From: an uncultured Gemmatimonadota bacterium
GTDB taxonomy: Bacteria; Gemmatimonadota; Gemmatimonadetes; Palauibacterales; Palauibacteraceae
Assembly: GCA_964509895.1 (NCBI GenBank)
Contig: CAZDZJ010000015.1
Coordinates: forward strand, 14,983 to 78,982
Reading direction: 5' to 3'
DNA: 64,000 nt
This document shows positions 17,963-27,189 of this stretch, one piece after another. Position numbers and translations under genes: made by a program. Under the pieces are notes generated by a model, which worked only from the letters and a program-made list of their open reading frames with translations, did no database searches and was not told the origin of the DNA. Each line of letters opens with the position of its first letter. Position 1 is the stretch's first letter.

Positions 17963-18766
17963 TCAGAATCGGCCTCGGGAGCGCTCACGGGCCGGCAGGA
18001 CTTCCAGACACGTCGTCCACCAACCCGTCAGAATCGTCTCCACGAATTCCTCGGGCAGTCCCTCATCGCCCATCTCCCGTGCGAGGCGTTCATGGTCGTA
18101 GCTCACGGGCACGAACTCGATGGCCGGGGTCCGTCCCGGGCCGAGGTCGAGGAGGGCGTACCAGACGTCCGTCCGTCCGTCGTTGGCGGGGCGGCCGAGG
18201 ACACCGACGTTCGCGAACAGCCGTCCGCCGGGCAGCGCGCGCTGCCACGGAATCCCCGTGTGGGTCGCGAGCAGGATGTCCGCCTCGTACTCGCGGGCGA
18301 GCCAGGTCAGAAACTGCGTCGACGTCCCGGATTCCCAGAGGAATTCGTTCATGCGCCGGGGGCTGCCGTGACACATCAGCAGCCGGACACCGTTCACCTC
18401 GAGGCGGATCTCGCCGGGTAGGCGGCGCATCCAGCGGCGCCACTTCTCGTCCGTGTTTCGAAACGTGTACCGATACGAGAGGCGCGCGAAGTAGTTGTCG
18501 CGTGGATCCGTGTACCCGCACTGGCAGTCGTCCAGACCCCGGGCGATCGAGTCGTCGTAGTTCCCGCGCAGCACACGCACGCCGCGCTCGATGAGCAGCG
18601 GGAAGACGCGGTCAGGGTGGGGTCCGAAAGCGCCCAGGTCGCCCAGGCAGTAGAGCGCCTCGGCCCCGCGCGCGCCGGCGTCCTCGATCGCGGCCGCGAG
18701 TGCGAGGTAGTTGCTGTAGATGCCGCCGAACACGGCGATTCGGCGCGGCGCCGGCTCAGGAGACAT
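17963..18766 (-). CDS. metallophosphoesterase (calcineurin-like phosphoesterase), YfkB-like partner of radical SAM protein
   Basis: 267 aa; start overlaps stop of upstream radical SAM gene by 11 nt; phosphoesterase motifs (FGGIYSN ... GNYD ... CHGSP ... ATHTG) and Cys-rich CQCGY segment. Confidence 0.7.
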   Translation of the reverse strand: MSPEPAPRRIAVFGGIYSNYLALAAAIEDAGARGAEALYCLGDLGAFGPHPDRVFPLLIERGVRVLRGNYDDSIARGLDDCQCGYTDPRDNYFARLSYRYTFRNTDEKWRRWMRRLPGEIRLEVNGVRLLMCHGSPRRMNEFLWESGTSTQFLTWLAREYEADILLATHTGIPWQRALPGGRLFANVGVLGRPANDGRTDVWYALLDLGPGRTPAIEFVPVSYDHERLAREMGDEGLPEEFVETILTGWWTTCLEVLPARERSRGRF

Positions 18767-19754
18767 CCTGTCCGACGCCCCCGTAGTTCGAGCAGATCGC
18801 GCCGTGGAGCCAGCATGTATGGCACGCGGACTCGGCGAGCCGCACCGGTCCGGACGCCTCCTCGAGCGTCGACCCCATCCGCGCCGCCGGCGACTCGATG
18901 AGGATGGGACAGGCGTAGATGCCGCCGTTCGTCACCACGCGGCTCGACGCGCAGAGCAACTGGTTCGCGTCGTACGCCTCCATCATCGCTTCCGTCACCC
19001 GTTCCTCCTCCATGTACGGGCGCACCCGCTCCGCCTCGCGTCCGATGCGGAGCGACGGGAGGATCTTGATGCGCGGATTCTCGTAGCCGAGCGCGCGCAA
19101 TCGGGCGACGAAGGCCTGCCGCACCTCCTCATCCTGCCCCGGGTCCCAGACCTGGGTGGCGGTGATGATGGGAAGGAACCCCGCATCGAGGAGCTTCCGC
19201 ACGCCGTCCATCGCGCGCTCGAACGTCCCGTCTCCCCGGATCGGGTCGTTCGTCTCCGGCGAGGGGCCATCGAGGGAGACGCGCATCTCGAGCGAGTAGC
19301 TGGCCGCGTCGGCGGACCGGGCGATGGGCGCCAGCGCCCGCGACGGGAGCAGGGTGCCGTTCGTGAGCACCGAGGCGGGCCCCCGCTCCAGCGTCCGCTC
19401 CAGCATGGCCGGGAGATCCGGGTGCATGAAGGGCTCGCCGCCGGTGAAGTAGTACTCCTTGACGCCCCATGGCCCGGATCGCTCGAGCCACTCCTCGACC
19501 TCGGCCAGCGTGAGAAACTCGAAGCTGTGGTTGTCGGGGGCGCAGCTGATGAAGCAGTGGACGCAGCGCAGGTTGCAAATCGTCCCCGTGACCTGGAACC
19601 AGAGCGTGTCCAGGTGGTCGAGCCGCACCAGGGGCGCTTCCGCGCTCGGCGCCGCGGCCGGACCCGCGCCGTTTGCCGCGGGCGCCGGCGCGTGGATGCG
19701 CCGCGCTTGCGCGAGATCTCGCTGTGTATCGATCGGCAGCGCCGATCCAGGCAT
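18756..19754 (-). CDS. radical SAM protein with C-terminal auxiliary Cys cluster (SPASM/twitch-like), YfkA-like
   Basis: CNLRCVHCF (Cx3Cx2C) plus GGEPF; C-terminal Cx13C and CHTCx6C motifs. The probable start is the internal Met (MPGSALPIDT) rather than the track start at 19823. Confidence 0.75.
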   Translation of the reverse strand: MPGSALPIDTQRDLAQARRIHAPAPAANGAGPAAAPSAEAPLVRLDHLDTLWFQVTGTICNLRCVHCFISCAPDNHSFEFLTLAEVEEWLERSGPWGVKEYYFTGGEPFMHPDLPAMLERTLERGPASVLTNGTLLPSRALAPIARSADAASYSLEMRVSLDGPSPETNDPIRGDGTFERAMDGVRKLLDAGFLPIITATQVWDPGQDEEVRQAFVARLRALGYENPRIKILPSLRIGREAERVRPYMEEERVTEAMMEAYDANQLLCASSRVVTNGGIYACPILIESPAARMGSTLEEASGPVRLAESACHTCWLHGAICSNYGGVGQDVS

Positions 19755-19883
19755 CGGACAGACCTTTGCGGTTGGTCTGGCGCTCTTGTCGCGCCTCCAT
19801 CGGACCCTTGTTGAACCCCTCACCGCAGGCCGTTGATCCTACCGCGTGGGCGGGGCTGCGCGCGAACGAGGCGCGGGAGAGCC

Positions 19884-21236
19884 TCAGGTGAGGAGGGCGG
19901 CTCCCGAGCCGAGCCGCGCCTCCACCTCCTCTTCCGAGGCCTCGATCAACGCCAGCACCGGGTCGGGATCCCGGAGAGCGGAAGGCTCGAAGGAGAAGAT
20001 GCGGAGCACACGCGCCGAATGGTGCAGCGACCGCCCGAGGCGGGGGATGTCGATGAGGCCCCGCTCGCCCAGAGTCGTCAACCGGCGGACTTCACCGTCG
20101 TTCCGCACGAGGAGGAGGTGGAGTTCGAGCATGTCCGGATAGCTCGGGTAGTCCAGCATGAGCGATCGCTCGGGGAGTCCCCATTCGCGCGCCATGCGCC
20201 GCTCGAGCGCGGCGACCAGGTCCGGTCGACGCGACGGCCACGACGACAGCGCGTCCGGAAGCTGGTCGCCCGTCAGCTCCACGAGCCGTTTCGGGAGCCG
20301 CCGGTCCACGAGCGCCCGGAGCAGCCCGGCGGCGCGGCCGAGCGTGGATGCGGGGTCGTAGCCGACGCCCGCCGCCGACCGATCGATCCGCTGGCCGATG
20401 AGCGAGAGCAGTTCCTCATCGCTGGGGCCGGGCAGGTCCTCCTGGGAGAGCAGACCGCCATCGAGCGCCGTCTGGACGAGGCGGACGAAGGTGAGCGTCG
20501 CGGCGCGCACGGCGTGGTGCCAGTAGACGTTGCGGAACATCTGGTACTTCGAGAAGAGAAGCGTCTCCAGCGCGCTGAGCCCCTTCTCGCTCACTGCGAG
20601 TTCCAGCGGGGATCCGGCCCCCTCTCGCGCGACGGTGAGCGCGGGGAGGAGACGGTCTACGTCCACCGACCCGTACGGCACGCCGCAGAAGAGGGAATCC
20701 CGGCGCAGGTAGTCGATCTTGTCGAGGTCCAGCGATCCCGAGATCAACCCCTGCAGAGGGTGGCCGGACTTTCCGCGGATGAGGGCGCTGATGCGGGCCG
20801 CGGAATCCGGGCCGTGGCGATCGAGGACGCGCCGGATGGGACCCGCCGCCATGAAGCGAGCCGCGATCTCCTCGTGGTCGCCCGGGATCGCCTTCGGACC
20901 GAGTTCCTCCAGCGCGTGCGAGAATGCGTAGTGGCCGACGTCGTGCAGGAGAGCCCCGAGCCGCACGATCGGCAGTTCCTCGAGGTCCGCGGCATCCAGG
21001 GGTTCGAGGTGTCCGTCCCGCTCGAGACAGGAGATGGCCCGCGACACCAGGTGGTAGACGCCGAGCGCGTGCAGAAAGCGGTTGTGGACGCCGCCGGGAT
21101 ACACGAGGTGCGCGAAGCCGAGCTGCTTGACCCGCCGCAGACGCTGGAACTGGGGCGCGTCGAGAATCTCCGCCGCGTCCCCGTCCACGCGGACGTTCCC
21201 CCACAGGGGATCACGGATGGTGCGTATTCTGGCCAT
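19884..21236 (-). CDS. HD-domain phosphohydrolase, dGTPase/dNTP triphosphohydrolase-like
   Basis: 450 aa; HD motifs HNRFLHALGVYHL and LLHDVGHYAFSH; N-terminal FQRLRRVKQLG resembles Dgt family. Confidence 0.75.
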   Translation of the reverse strand: MARIRTIRDPLWGNVRVDGDAAEILDAPQFQRLRRVKQLGFAHLVYPGGVHNRFLHALGVYHLVSRAISCLERDGHLEPLDAADLEELPIVRLGALLHDVGHYAFSHALEELGPKAIPGDHEEIAARFMAAGPIRRVLDRHGPDSAARISALIRGKSGHPLQGLISGSLDLDKIDYLRRDSLFCGVPYGSVDVDRLLPALTVAREGAGSPLELAVSEKGLSALETLLFSKYQMFRNVYWHHAVRAATLTFVRLVQTALDGGLLSQEDLPGPSDEELLSLIGQRIDRSAAGVGYDPASTLGRAAGLLRALVDRRLPKRLVELTGDQLPDALSSWPSRRPDLVAALERRMAREWGLPERSLMLDYPSYPDMLELHLLLVRNDGEVRRLTTLGERGLIDIPRLGRSLHHSARVLRIFSFEPSALRDPDPVLALIEASEEEVEARLGSGAALLT

Positions 21237-21450
21237 GGGCGTCGCTGAACATGATCCGGCCCGCCGTCAACGGGCAATCAACCAACCCCGCCGGCTACGG
21301 ACCCCGCCGGCTACGGCCAGTTGGAGCGAGCGGCGGTGTTGCGGCGCGGAAGGGGCACTCGCGAGCTTGCAATCCTCACGTGTCGCGCCGGGAAATCGGC
21401 GCACGGCACCGGGTCCCTCGAAGCGGAAGCAGGCCTGACGGGAGGCGGCG

Positions 21451-21833
21451 TGGAGATCAAGCGCGATCGGATGGTCCACCTCGGATATGCGAAGTACTGG
21501 CGCTCCGACCAGATCGTCGGACTGCTCCCGATCGAGGAAGGCAGGGGGCCCGGCCGGCGGACGGAGGTCTTCGTGGCCACCCGACCCGATCCCGTCACGG
21601 CCTCCCGATCCGAGGGCTCGATCCTCCGGGACATGGCGTCGCTGCCGGACGAGGCCAAGGTCGCCGAGGCCGGCTCCATCGCCGAAGATCTCGTGGGGGC
21701 GCTGCGCGACCTCTCGCCGGTGCTCAAGCGGATGCTGAAGAACGAAGAAGGGTTCGACGTCGAGTACTGGGCCGGCAGACTCCGGCGGGTTCTGGAGCCG
21801 GACGATGACGGGCAGGAGGATCTCTTCGGCTAA
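21451..21833 (+). CDS. hypothetical protein
   Basis: Protein-like C-terminal 125 aa of ORF 21321..21833; GTG at 21451 has GGGAGG SD 7 nt upstream; acidic C-terminus (EPDDDGQEDLFG). Confidence 0.4.
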
Positions 21834-21882
21834 CCGTCCACGGCCGAGTGCAGCAACGCTTTTTCCGGGGGCTGCCAGGCTA

Positions 21883-23982
21883 GTGCACACCGCTGCGGCG
21901 ACCGCCGCGGCTTCGCTCTGTTTCGCGGCCGCCATCCAGGGCCAGGGTATTCCGACGCCTTCCGATCCGGGGCCCGAGGTCGGTGGCGGCGATGGCTGGG
22001 ATTCCGAGGCGGCCCTCCTGCTCGCCGATCGGGCGATTGCGGCGCGCCGCCACGCCTGGGCGGACAGCACACTCCAGCGTTTCCGCGCCGACGTGCAGGG
22101 GCACGTCTACTACATCGGCGACTTCCTCGGGGAGCGGCATGTCATCCGCGCGGACCAGCTCGCGCTCGATGTCCGCTGGCAGAATCCCGACCGCACGATG
22201 CAGACGATCGTCGGGCGGCGGCACGAACTCCGGCTCCCCACGACGGTCGCGTACCACCTCGACCACCTCTTTCTCATCCTCGACAACTTCGGGGACCGGA
22301 TCCGGCTCGGGGACGGCCTCGAGATACGGAACGTGCTGCACCCGGCGGCGGACGCCGCTCGGACGTTCTACGAGTACCGGCTCGCGGATTCGCTCGAGAT
22401 CCGGCTCCGCGACCGCACGGCTCGGGTCTTCGAACTGGAGGTCCGCCCGCGCGAGGCGACGGATGCGGGCGCCGTGGGCTCGCTCTTTGTCGACCGGGAA
22501 ACGGGGGCCATCGCGCGCATGCGGCTCACGTTCACACCCGCCGCCCTGCGCGATCCTCAGATCGTGCGGCTTGTCGTGGACCTGCGCTCGGCGCTGTGGG
22601 AGGGGCGCTACTGGCTCCCGGACGAGCAGGATGTCGAGATCACGCGTTCGCTTCCCTGGTTCGATTTCCCGCTCGAGACGATGGTCCGGACCCGCCTCCG
22701 CGTCCTCGACTACGCCTTCGACGAGGCGGCGGCCGTCAGCCTCGGGCCCGGGCAGCTCGTCTACAGCTATCCCGAGGCCGACCTCGCCCGCTTCGAGGAC
22801 TGGGAGGGCTCGCTGTATTCGGGTCCGCTCGAGGGTGGAAGCGCCGATGGCGACCTTGGCGGGGTCGTGGCGGACGCCCGCCGGCTTCTGCGGCGGCAGG
22901 CGCTGACCGGGGGTCGGCGATGGCAACTCGCGCTGCCCAACGCCTCGGGGGGGATCCGAGCCCGGCGCTCCGAGGGCCTGTTCGTGGGGGCGGGAAGCGT
23001 CTACCGGGCGAACGACCTTACCCGCGTGTCCTTCCACGGCGGACACGCGATCGGTGCGGCGCGGCCCCAGGGCAGCCTCGGACTCCGGCGACGGCTGGGG
23101 CAGGTCGAGGTGGAGGTCGACGGGTGGCTGCGGGCGCGCCGGGACGTGGGGCCGGCCGCAGCCGCGGGGGTGCTGCGGACGCTCGCTCTCGTCGCCGACG
23201 GAGAGGACTACGAGGACCCGTACCTGGCCAGCGGCGGAAGGATCGGGGTCGCCCGCCGGGCCGGTTCGGCGCGCTGGCGCGTGGGCGCGTCGCTCGAGCG
23301 CCACCGGAGCGCGGAACTGGTCGTCCGGACCGAGCCGTTCGAAGACCGGCCGCTCCGCCCCGTGCGTCCGGTCGACGAAGGGACGCTGGCCCGTCTCGAG
23401 GCCGGCCTGGCGGTGGAACTCGGGGGCGGCCCGGGCGCGCGGTGGGGGCTGGAATTCACGGGCGAAGCGGCGGCGCGCGGGATCGGGGTCGGAGATTTCG
23501 GCTACACGCGCGCCACCGTCGCCCTGCGGGCCGCCCGCGGGAGCCCTGCGGGCGCCTGGCACTGGGAGAGCGACGTAGCGTTCGGCTTCACTGGCGGGGA
23601 GTTGCCGGTCCAGCGCCTCTTCCTGCTCGGGGGGCGCGGCACGCTCCCCGGCCACGGGTTCCGTGCCTGGGGCGGCGATCGCATGGCGTTGGCGCGGGCC
23701 GAAGTGTCGCGTGACATTGCACCGTCCTGGCTGCGGTTGCGTGCCAGCGGAGCCATCGGCTGGGCGGGCGTCGGAGGCACGGGACAGGACGCCGCCCGCC
23801 GCTTCTGCGTGGGCGGAAGCGAGGGGCTGCGCGCCTCGGCCGGGCTGGGCCTGGGACTCTTCTACGACATTCTCCGCCTCGACCTGATGCGCGGGCTGGG
23901 TGGCGATCCTTCTCGCGAGGGAAGGTCCGGGAACTGGGTCGTCCTCCTCTCCGTGGACCCCCGATTCGGCGGGATCCTCTGA
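21883..23982 (+). CDS. large exported hypothetical protein (possible outer-membrane protein)
   Basis: ~700 aa; probable GTG start giving signal peptide (M)HTAAATAAASLCFAAAIQGQG; Gly/Arg-rich C-terminal half with alternating hydrophobic pattern; no recognisable catalytic motif. Confidence 0.5.
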   Translation: MHTAAATAAASLCFAAAIQGQGIPTPSDPGPEVGGGDGWDSEAALLLADRAIAARRHAWADSTLQRFRADVQGHVYYIGDFLGERHVIRADQLALDVRWQNPDRTMQTIVGRRHELRLPTTVAYHLDHLFLILDNFGDRIRLGDGLEIRNVLHPAADAARTFYEYRLADSLEIRLRDRTARVFELEVRPREATDAGAVGSLFVDRETGAIARMRLTFTPAALRDPQIVRLVVDLRSALWEGRYWLPDEQDVEITRSLPWFDFPLETMVRTRLRVLDYAFDEAAAVSLGPGQLVYSYPEADLARFEDWEGSLYSGPLEGGSADGDLGGVVADARRLLRRQALTGGRRWQLALPNASGGIRARRSEGLFVGAGSVYRANDLTRVSFHGGHAIGAARPQGSLGLRRRLGQVEVEVDGWLRARRDVGPAAAAGVLRTLALVADGEDYEDPYLASGGRIGVARRAGSARWRVGASLERHRSAELVVRTEPFEDRPLRPVRPVDEGTLARLEAGLAVELGGGPGARWGLEFTGEAAARGIGVGDFGYTRATVALRAARGSPAGAWHWESDVAFGFTGGELPVQRLFLLGGRGTLPGHGFRAWGGDRMALARAEVSRDIAPSWLRLRASGAIGWAGVGGTGQDAARRFCVGGSEGLRASAGLGLGLFYDILRLDLMRGLGGDPSREGRSGNWVVLLSVDPRFGGIL

Positions 23983-24134
23983 GACGCCCGCGTCGAGAGT
24001 GGCCGCGAGCCTTGTTTCCCCGGGCGGGCGATGCAAGGATGCACCTTGGAATGTCGCGTCCTCCCGCGGGAACGTGGCGGGCGCGACGCGATGCGACGTA
24101 AGGCGCAAAACGGTCTCCCGCTTGAGGTTCGCCC

Positions 24135-24767
24135 ATGAGTGACGCAGAGATCACGACCGAAACCCCTACCGGTCATTCCCGAAGGACGTTCATCAAGGGG
24201 GTCATCGCGTCCGGCGCGGTGGTCTCCTCCTCCAGCCACCTCTTCCGGGCCCGGAGCCTGTCGGCCAGCGCGGCGGTGAGGGCGTCCATGCCCCGCATGA
24301 TCTCGCTGAACGTGAACGGCGTGTCGCGTTCGGTGGATGTGATGCCGCAGGAGACGCTCGCGATGACGCTCCGCTACAAGCTCGGGCTCACCGGCACGAA
24401 ACTCGGCTGCGACCGCGCGGAATGCGGCGCCTGTACGGTGCTCATCGACGGCGTCTCGCACTACGGGTGCTCGATGCTGACGAACTCGGTGCGCGACCGG
24501 GCGGTGACGACGATCGAGGGCCTGGAGAGCGCGGACGGGACGCTGCACCCTGTGCAGCAGGCGGTGATCGACGAGGGCGGCTTCCAGTGCGCGTTCTGCG
24601 CGCCCGGTTTCATCATGAGCATGGTCGCGCTGACGAACGAGAACCCGGAGCCCACCCGCGAGGAGGCCGCCGAGGCCCTCTCCGGCAACCTCTGCCGCTG
24701 CGGGGACTACAACAAAATCCTGAACTCCGCCATGCGTGCCGCCGAGTACGCGCGGCGCATGGTGTGA
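24135..24767 (+). CDS. Tat-exported (2Fe-2S)-binding subunit of molybdenum hydroxylase (PaoA/YagT-like)
   Basis: Twin-arginine motif SRRTFIKG; two 2Fe-2S motifs (CDRAECGACTV; CAFCAPG...CRCGDY). Confidence 0.85.
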   Translation: MSDAEITTETPTGHSRRTFIKGVIASGAVVSSSSHLFRARSLSASAAVRASMPRMISLNVNGVSRSVDVMPQETLAMTLRYKLGLTGTKLGCDRAECGACTVLIDGVSHYGCSMLTNSVRDRAVTTIEGLESADGTLHPVQQAVIDEGGFQCAFCAPGFIMSMVALTNENPEPTREEAAEALSGNLCRCGDYNKILNSAMRAAEYARRMV

Positions 24768-24780
24768 GGGGAGGACGATC

Positions 24781-27177
24781 ATGGCGCTAATCGGACAGGA
24801 CATTTCGCCGCCGGATCTGCGCGCGAAAGTCACGGGACGGGCGAAGTACGCGGAGGACTTCCGGGCCGAGGGCATGGTCTTCGCCAAGCTTCTCCTGAGC
24901 CCCATGCCGCACGCCCGAGTGCGCAGCGTGGACGCGAGCCGCGCGCTCGCCATGCCCGGCGTGCTCGGGATCCTGCGGGCGAGCGAAGTCAACCAGCCGG
25001 AGGCCCCGGGCGAAGCGGCGCTCACCGATGAGCCGAAATACGTGGGCGAGCCGATCCTCGCGCTGGCGGCGGTTGACGAAACGACGGCGGCGGACGCGAT
25101 CGAGGCGATCGACATCGACCTCGAGCCGCTCCCCTTCGCGATCGATCCGCTCGACAGCCTGCGCCCCGGCGGTCCGAATGCCCGGCTCGAGGGCAACGTC
25201 ATGCGCTTCGGCGAGAGCGGGCGCGAACTCGTGTCCGTGAAGTGGCCGCAGGCCGAATTCAACGCGGCGGAGGCCGAGGGCCGGCTGCCCATGGGCGAAC
25301 CGACGGACGAGTGGTCGCACGGCGACCTCGATGCCGCGTTCGCCGAGGCCGACTACGTGCTCGAGGACACGATCGTACACCAGTCGCTGACCCACCATCC
25401 GATGGAACCGCGAAGCTCCATGGCGTACTGGGAGGATGGCCGCTGCTTCCTGTACGGATCGACCCAGAGCACGCAGCGCGCCCACCAGGCCATCGCGGCC
25501 CAGCTCGACCTGGAGCCCGACGAGCTCGTCTTCGTGGGCCAGTATTGCGGTGGCGGCTTCGGCTCGAAGATCGCCGGTGTTCCCATCTACCAGGTCACGG
25601 CACTCCTCGCGAAGAAGATCCAGCGGCCGGTGATGCTGCGCATCAACCGCTACGAGGAGAACTACATCGGTCGGGGACGCCCGGGCTTCCAGGCCTGGAC
25701 GAAGATGGGCTTCCGGAACGACGGCAGTATCACCGGGATCGACCTCTACATCATCCAGGATCACGGACCGTACGGGCGGTCGGGGGACTACAACACGGCC
25801 GGCGCCGTGACGGACCTCATGTACCAGCCCGACGCGATGCGCTTCCGCGGCATTACGCTCTACACCAACACGCCGCCGCGCGCGGCGCAGCGGGCGCCGG
25901 GCGGCGCCCAGATCGTCGCCATGCTCGAGCCGCTCGTCGACAAGGCGGCGCGCGAACTGGGGATGGACCGGGTGGAAATCCGGAAGATCAACGCTCCCTC
26001 GCACGACTCGCAGTTCGGGCCTCAGCGGGCGACGACGACGAGCGCCTTCGTGCGCGAGGCGATCGATGCGGGTGCGGAGCAGTTCGACTGGGCCGGGAAG
26101 CAGGCGCTCAGCGGACGTCGGAACGGTACGAAGGTCACGGGGGTCGGCGTCGGCCTGAGCCCGTACGTCGGCGGCTCCTCGGGGTTCGACGGACTCCTCC
26201 TCATCCGCCCGGACGGGAAGCTCTACATCCACCAGGGGATCGGGAACCTCGGCACGCACTCGATGGCGGACACGGCCCGCGCCGCGGCGGACGAACTCGG
26301 CCTCGAGTGGGACGACTGCGCGGTCATCTGGGGCGACAGCTCGCAGCACCATCCCTACAGCTCGGTCCAGGCGGGGAGCCAGACGATCCACGCGCACACG
26401 CGCGCCAACTACGCCGCCGCGCTCGACATGAAGCGGAAGCTGCAGGAGGTCGCGGCGGCGAGCCTGGGCGGCGCAGCGAGCGGCTACCGGGTCTCGGGCG
26501 CGCGCGTGACGGGACCCGGCGGCTCCATGAGCTTCGCGCAGGCCGCGGAGCGCGCGATCGCCATGGGGGGCGAATACTCCGGGCAGGAGCTGCCGGAGGA
26601 CATCAACGACTACACCCGGGCTTCCGCCACGCAACTCGCGGGCCAGGGGCTGATGGGCGTGGCCCGGGACAACTTCTCGCACGAGGGGTCGACGTGGTCG
26701 TGGGTCGTGGGCTTCGCGGTCGTCGAACTCGACACCGAGACGGGCGATGTGCGGCTCGTCGACTACACGGGATCGGCCGACTGCGGCATCGTGGTGCACC
26801 CGCGCAGCCTCGCCGCGCAGATCCACGGCGGCAGCGTGCAGGGCTTCGGCCAGGCGCGCAGCCAGAAGTGGGTGTTCGATCCCAAGTGGGGCGTGCCGTT
26901 CGCCCACCGGCTCTACACCGCGAGACCTCCCGGTATCCTCGACGTGCCGCTCAGCATGGACTGGGCGGCGGCGGGCGAGCCGGATCCGCAGACGCCGATC
27001 GGCGCCAAGGGGATCGGAGAGCCCCCGGTCGGGGCCGGGTCCGCGGCGGTCACCTCCGCGATCGCGGACGCGCTGGGCGGCGCCTGCCTGTGCCGGATTC
27101 CGTTGACCACCGATGTGATCCTCGCCGAGCTGGAGGGCAGAGCCCAGCCGCACCAGCTCACCGAGATCCACAGCTAG
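24781..27177 (+). CDS. molybdopterin-binding large subunit of aldehyde oxidoreductase/xanthine dehydrogenase family (PaoC-like)
   Basis: ~798 aa from internal ATG with GAGGGGAGGA SD; Ald_Xan_dh C-terminal hammerhead and MoCo-binding region conservation (GGGFG, QGxGQ-like motifs, GEPPV). Confidence 0.85.
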   Translation: MALIGQDISPPDLRAKVTGRAKYAEDFRAEGMVFAKLLLSPMPHARVRSVDASRALAMPGVLGILRASEVNQPEAPGEAALTDEPKYVGEPILALAAVDETTAADAIEAIDIDLEPLPFAIDPLDSLRPGGPNARLEGNVMRFGESGRELVSVKWPQAEFNAAEAEGRLPMGEPTDEWSHGDLDAAFAEADYVLEDTIVHQSLTHHPMEPRSSMAYWEDGRCFLYGSTQSTQRAHQAIAAQLDLEPDELVFVGQYCGGGFGSKIAGVPIYQVTALLAKKIQRPVMLRINRYEENYIGRGRPGFQAWTKMGFRNDGSITGIDLYIIQDHGPYGRSGDYNTAGAVTDLMYQPDAMRFRGITLYTNTPPRAAQRAPGGAQIVAMLEPLVDKAARELGMDRVEIRKINAPSHDSQFGPQRATTTSAFVREAIDAGAEQFDWAGKQALSGRRNGTKVTGVGVGLSPYVGGSSGFDGLLLIRPDGKLYIHQGIGNLGTHSMADTARAAADELGLEWDDCAVIWGDSSQHHPYSSVQAGSQTIHAHTRANYAAALDMKRKLQEVAAASLGGAASGYRVSGARVTGPGGSMSFAQAAERAIAMGGEYSGQELPEDINDYTRASATQLAGQGLMGVARDNFSHEGSTWSWVVGFAVVELDTETGDVRLVDYTGSADCGIVVHPRSLAAQIHGGSVQGFGQARSQKWVFDPKWGVPFAHRLYTARPPGILDVPLSMDWAAAGEPDPQTPIGAKGIGEPPVGAGSAAVTSAIADALGGACLCRIPLTTDVILAELEGRAQPHQLTEIHS

Positions 27178-27189
27178 GGAGATAGAACG

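Noticed and set aside
21285-21316. CRISPR array
   Set aside because: Only two adjacent 16-bp copies with no spacers; no cas genes anywhere in window
21880-24108. 742-aa minus-strand ORF
   Set aside because: Antisense shadow of the exported protein gene 21883..23982; composition dominated by R/P/G/E with no motifs
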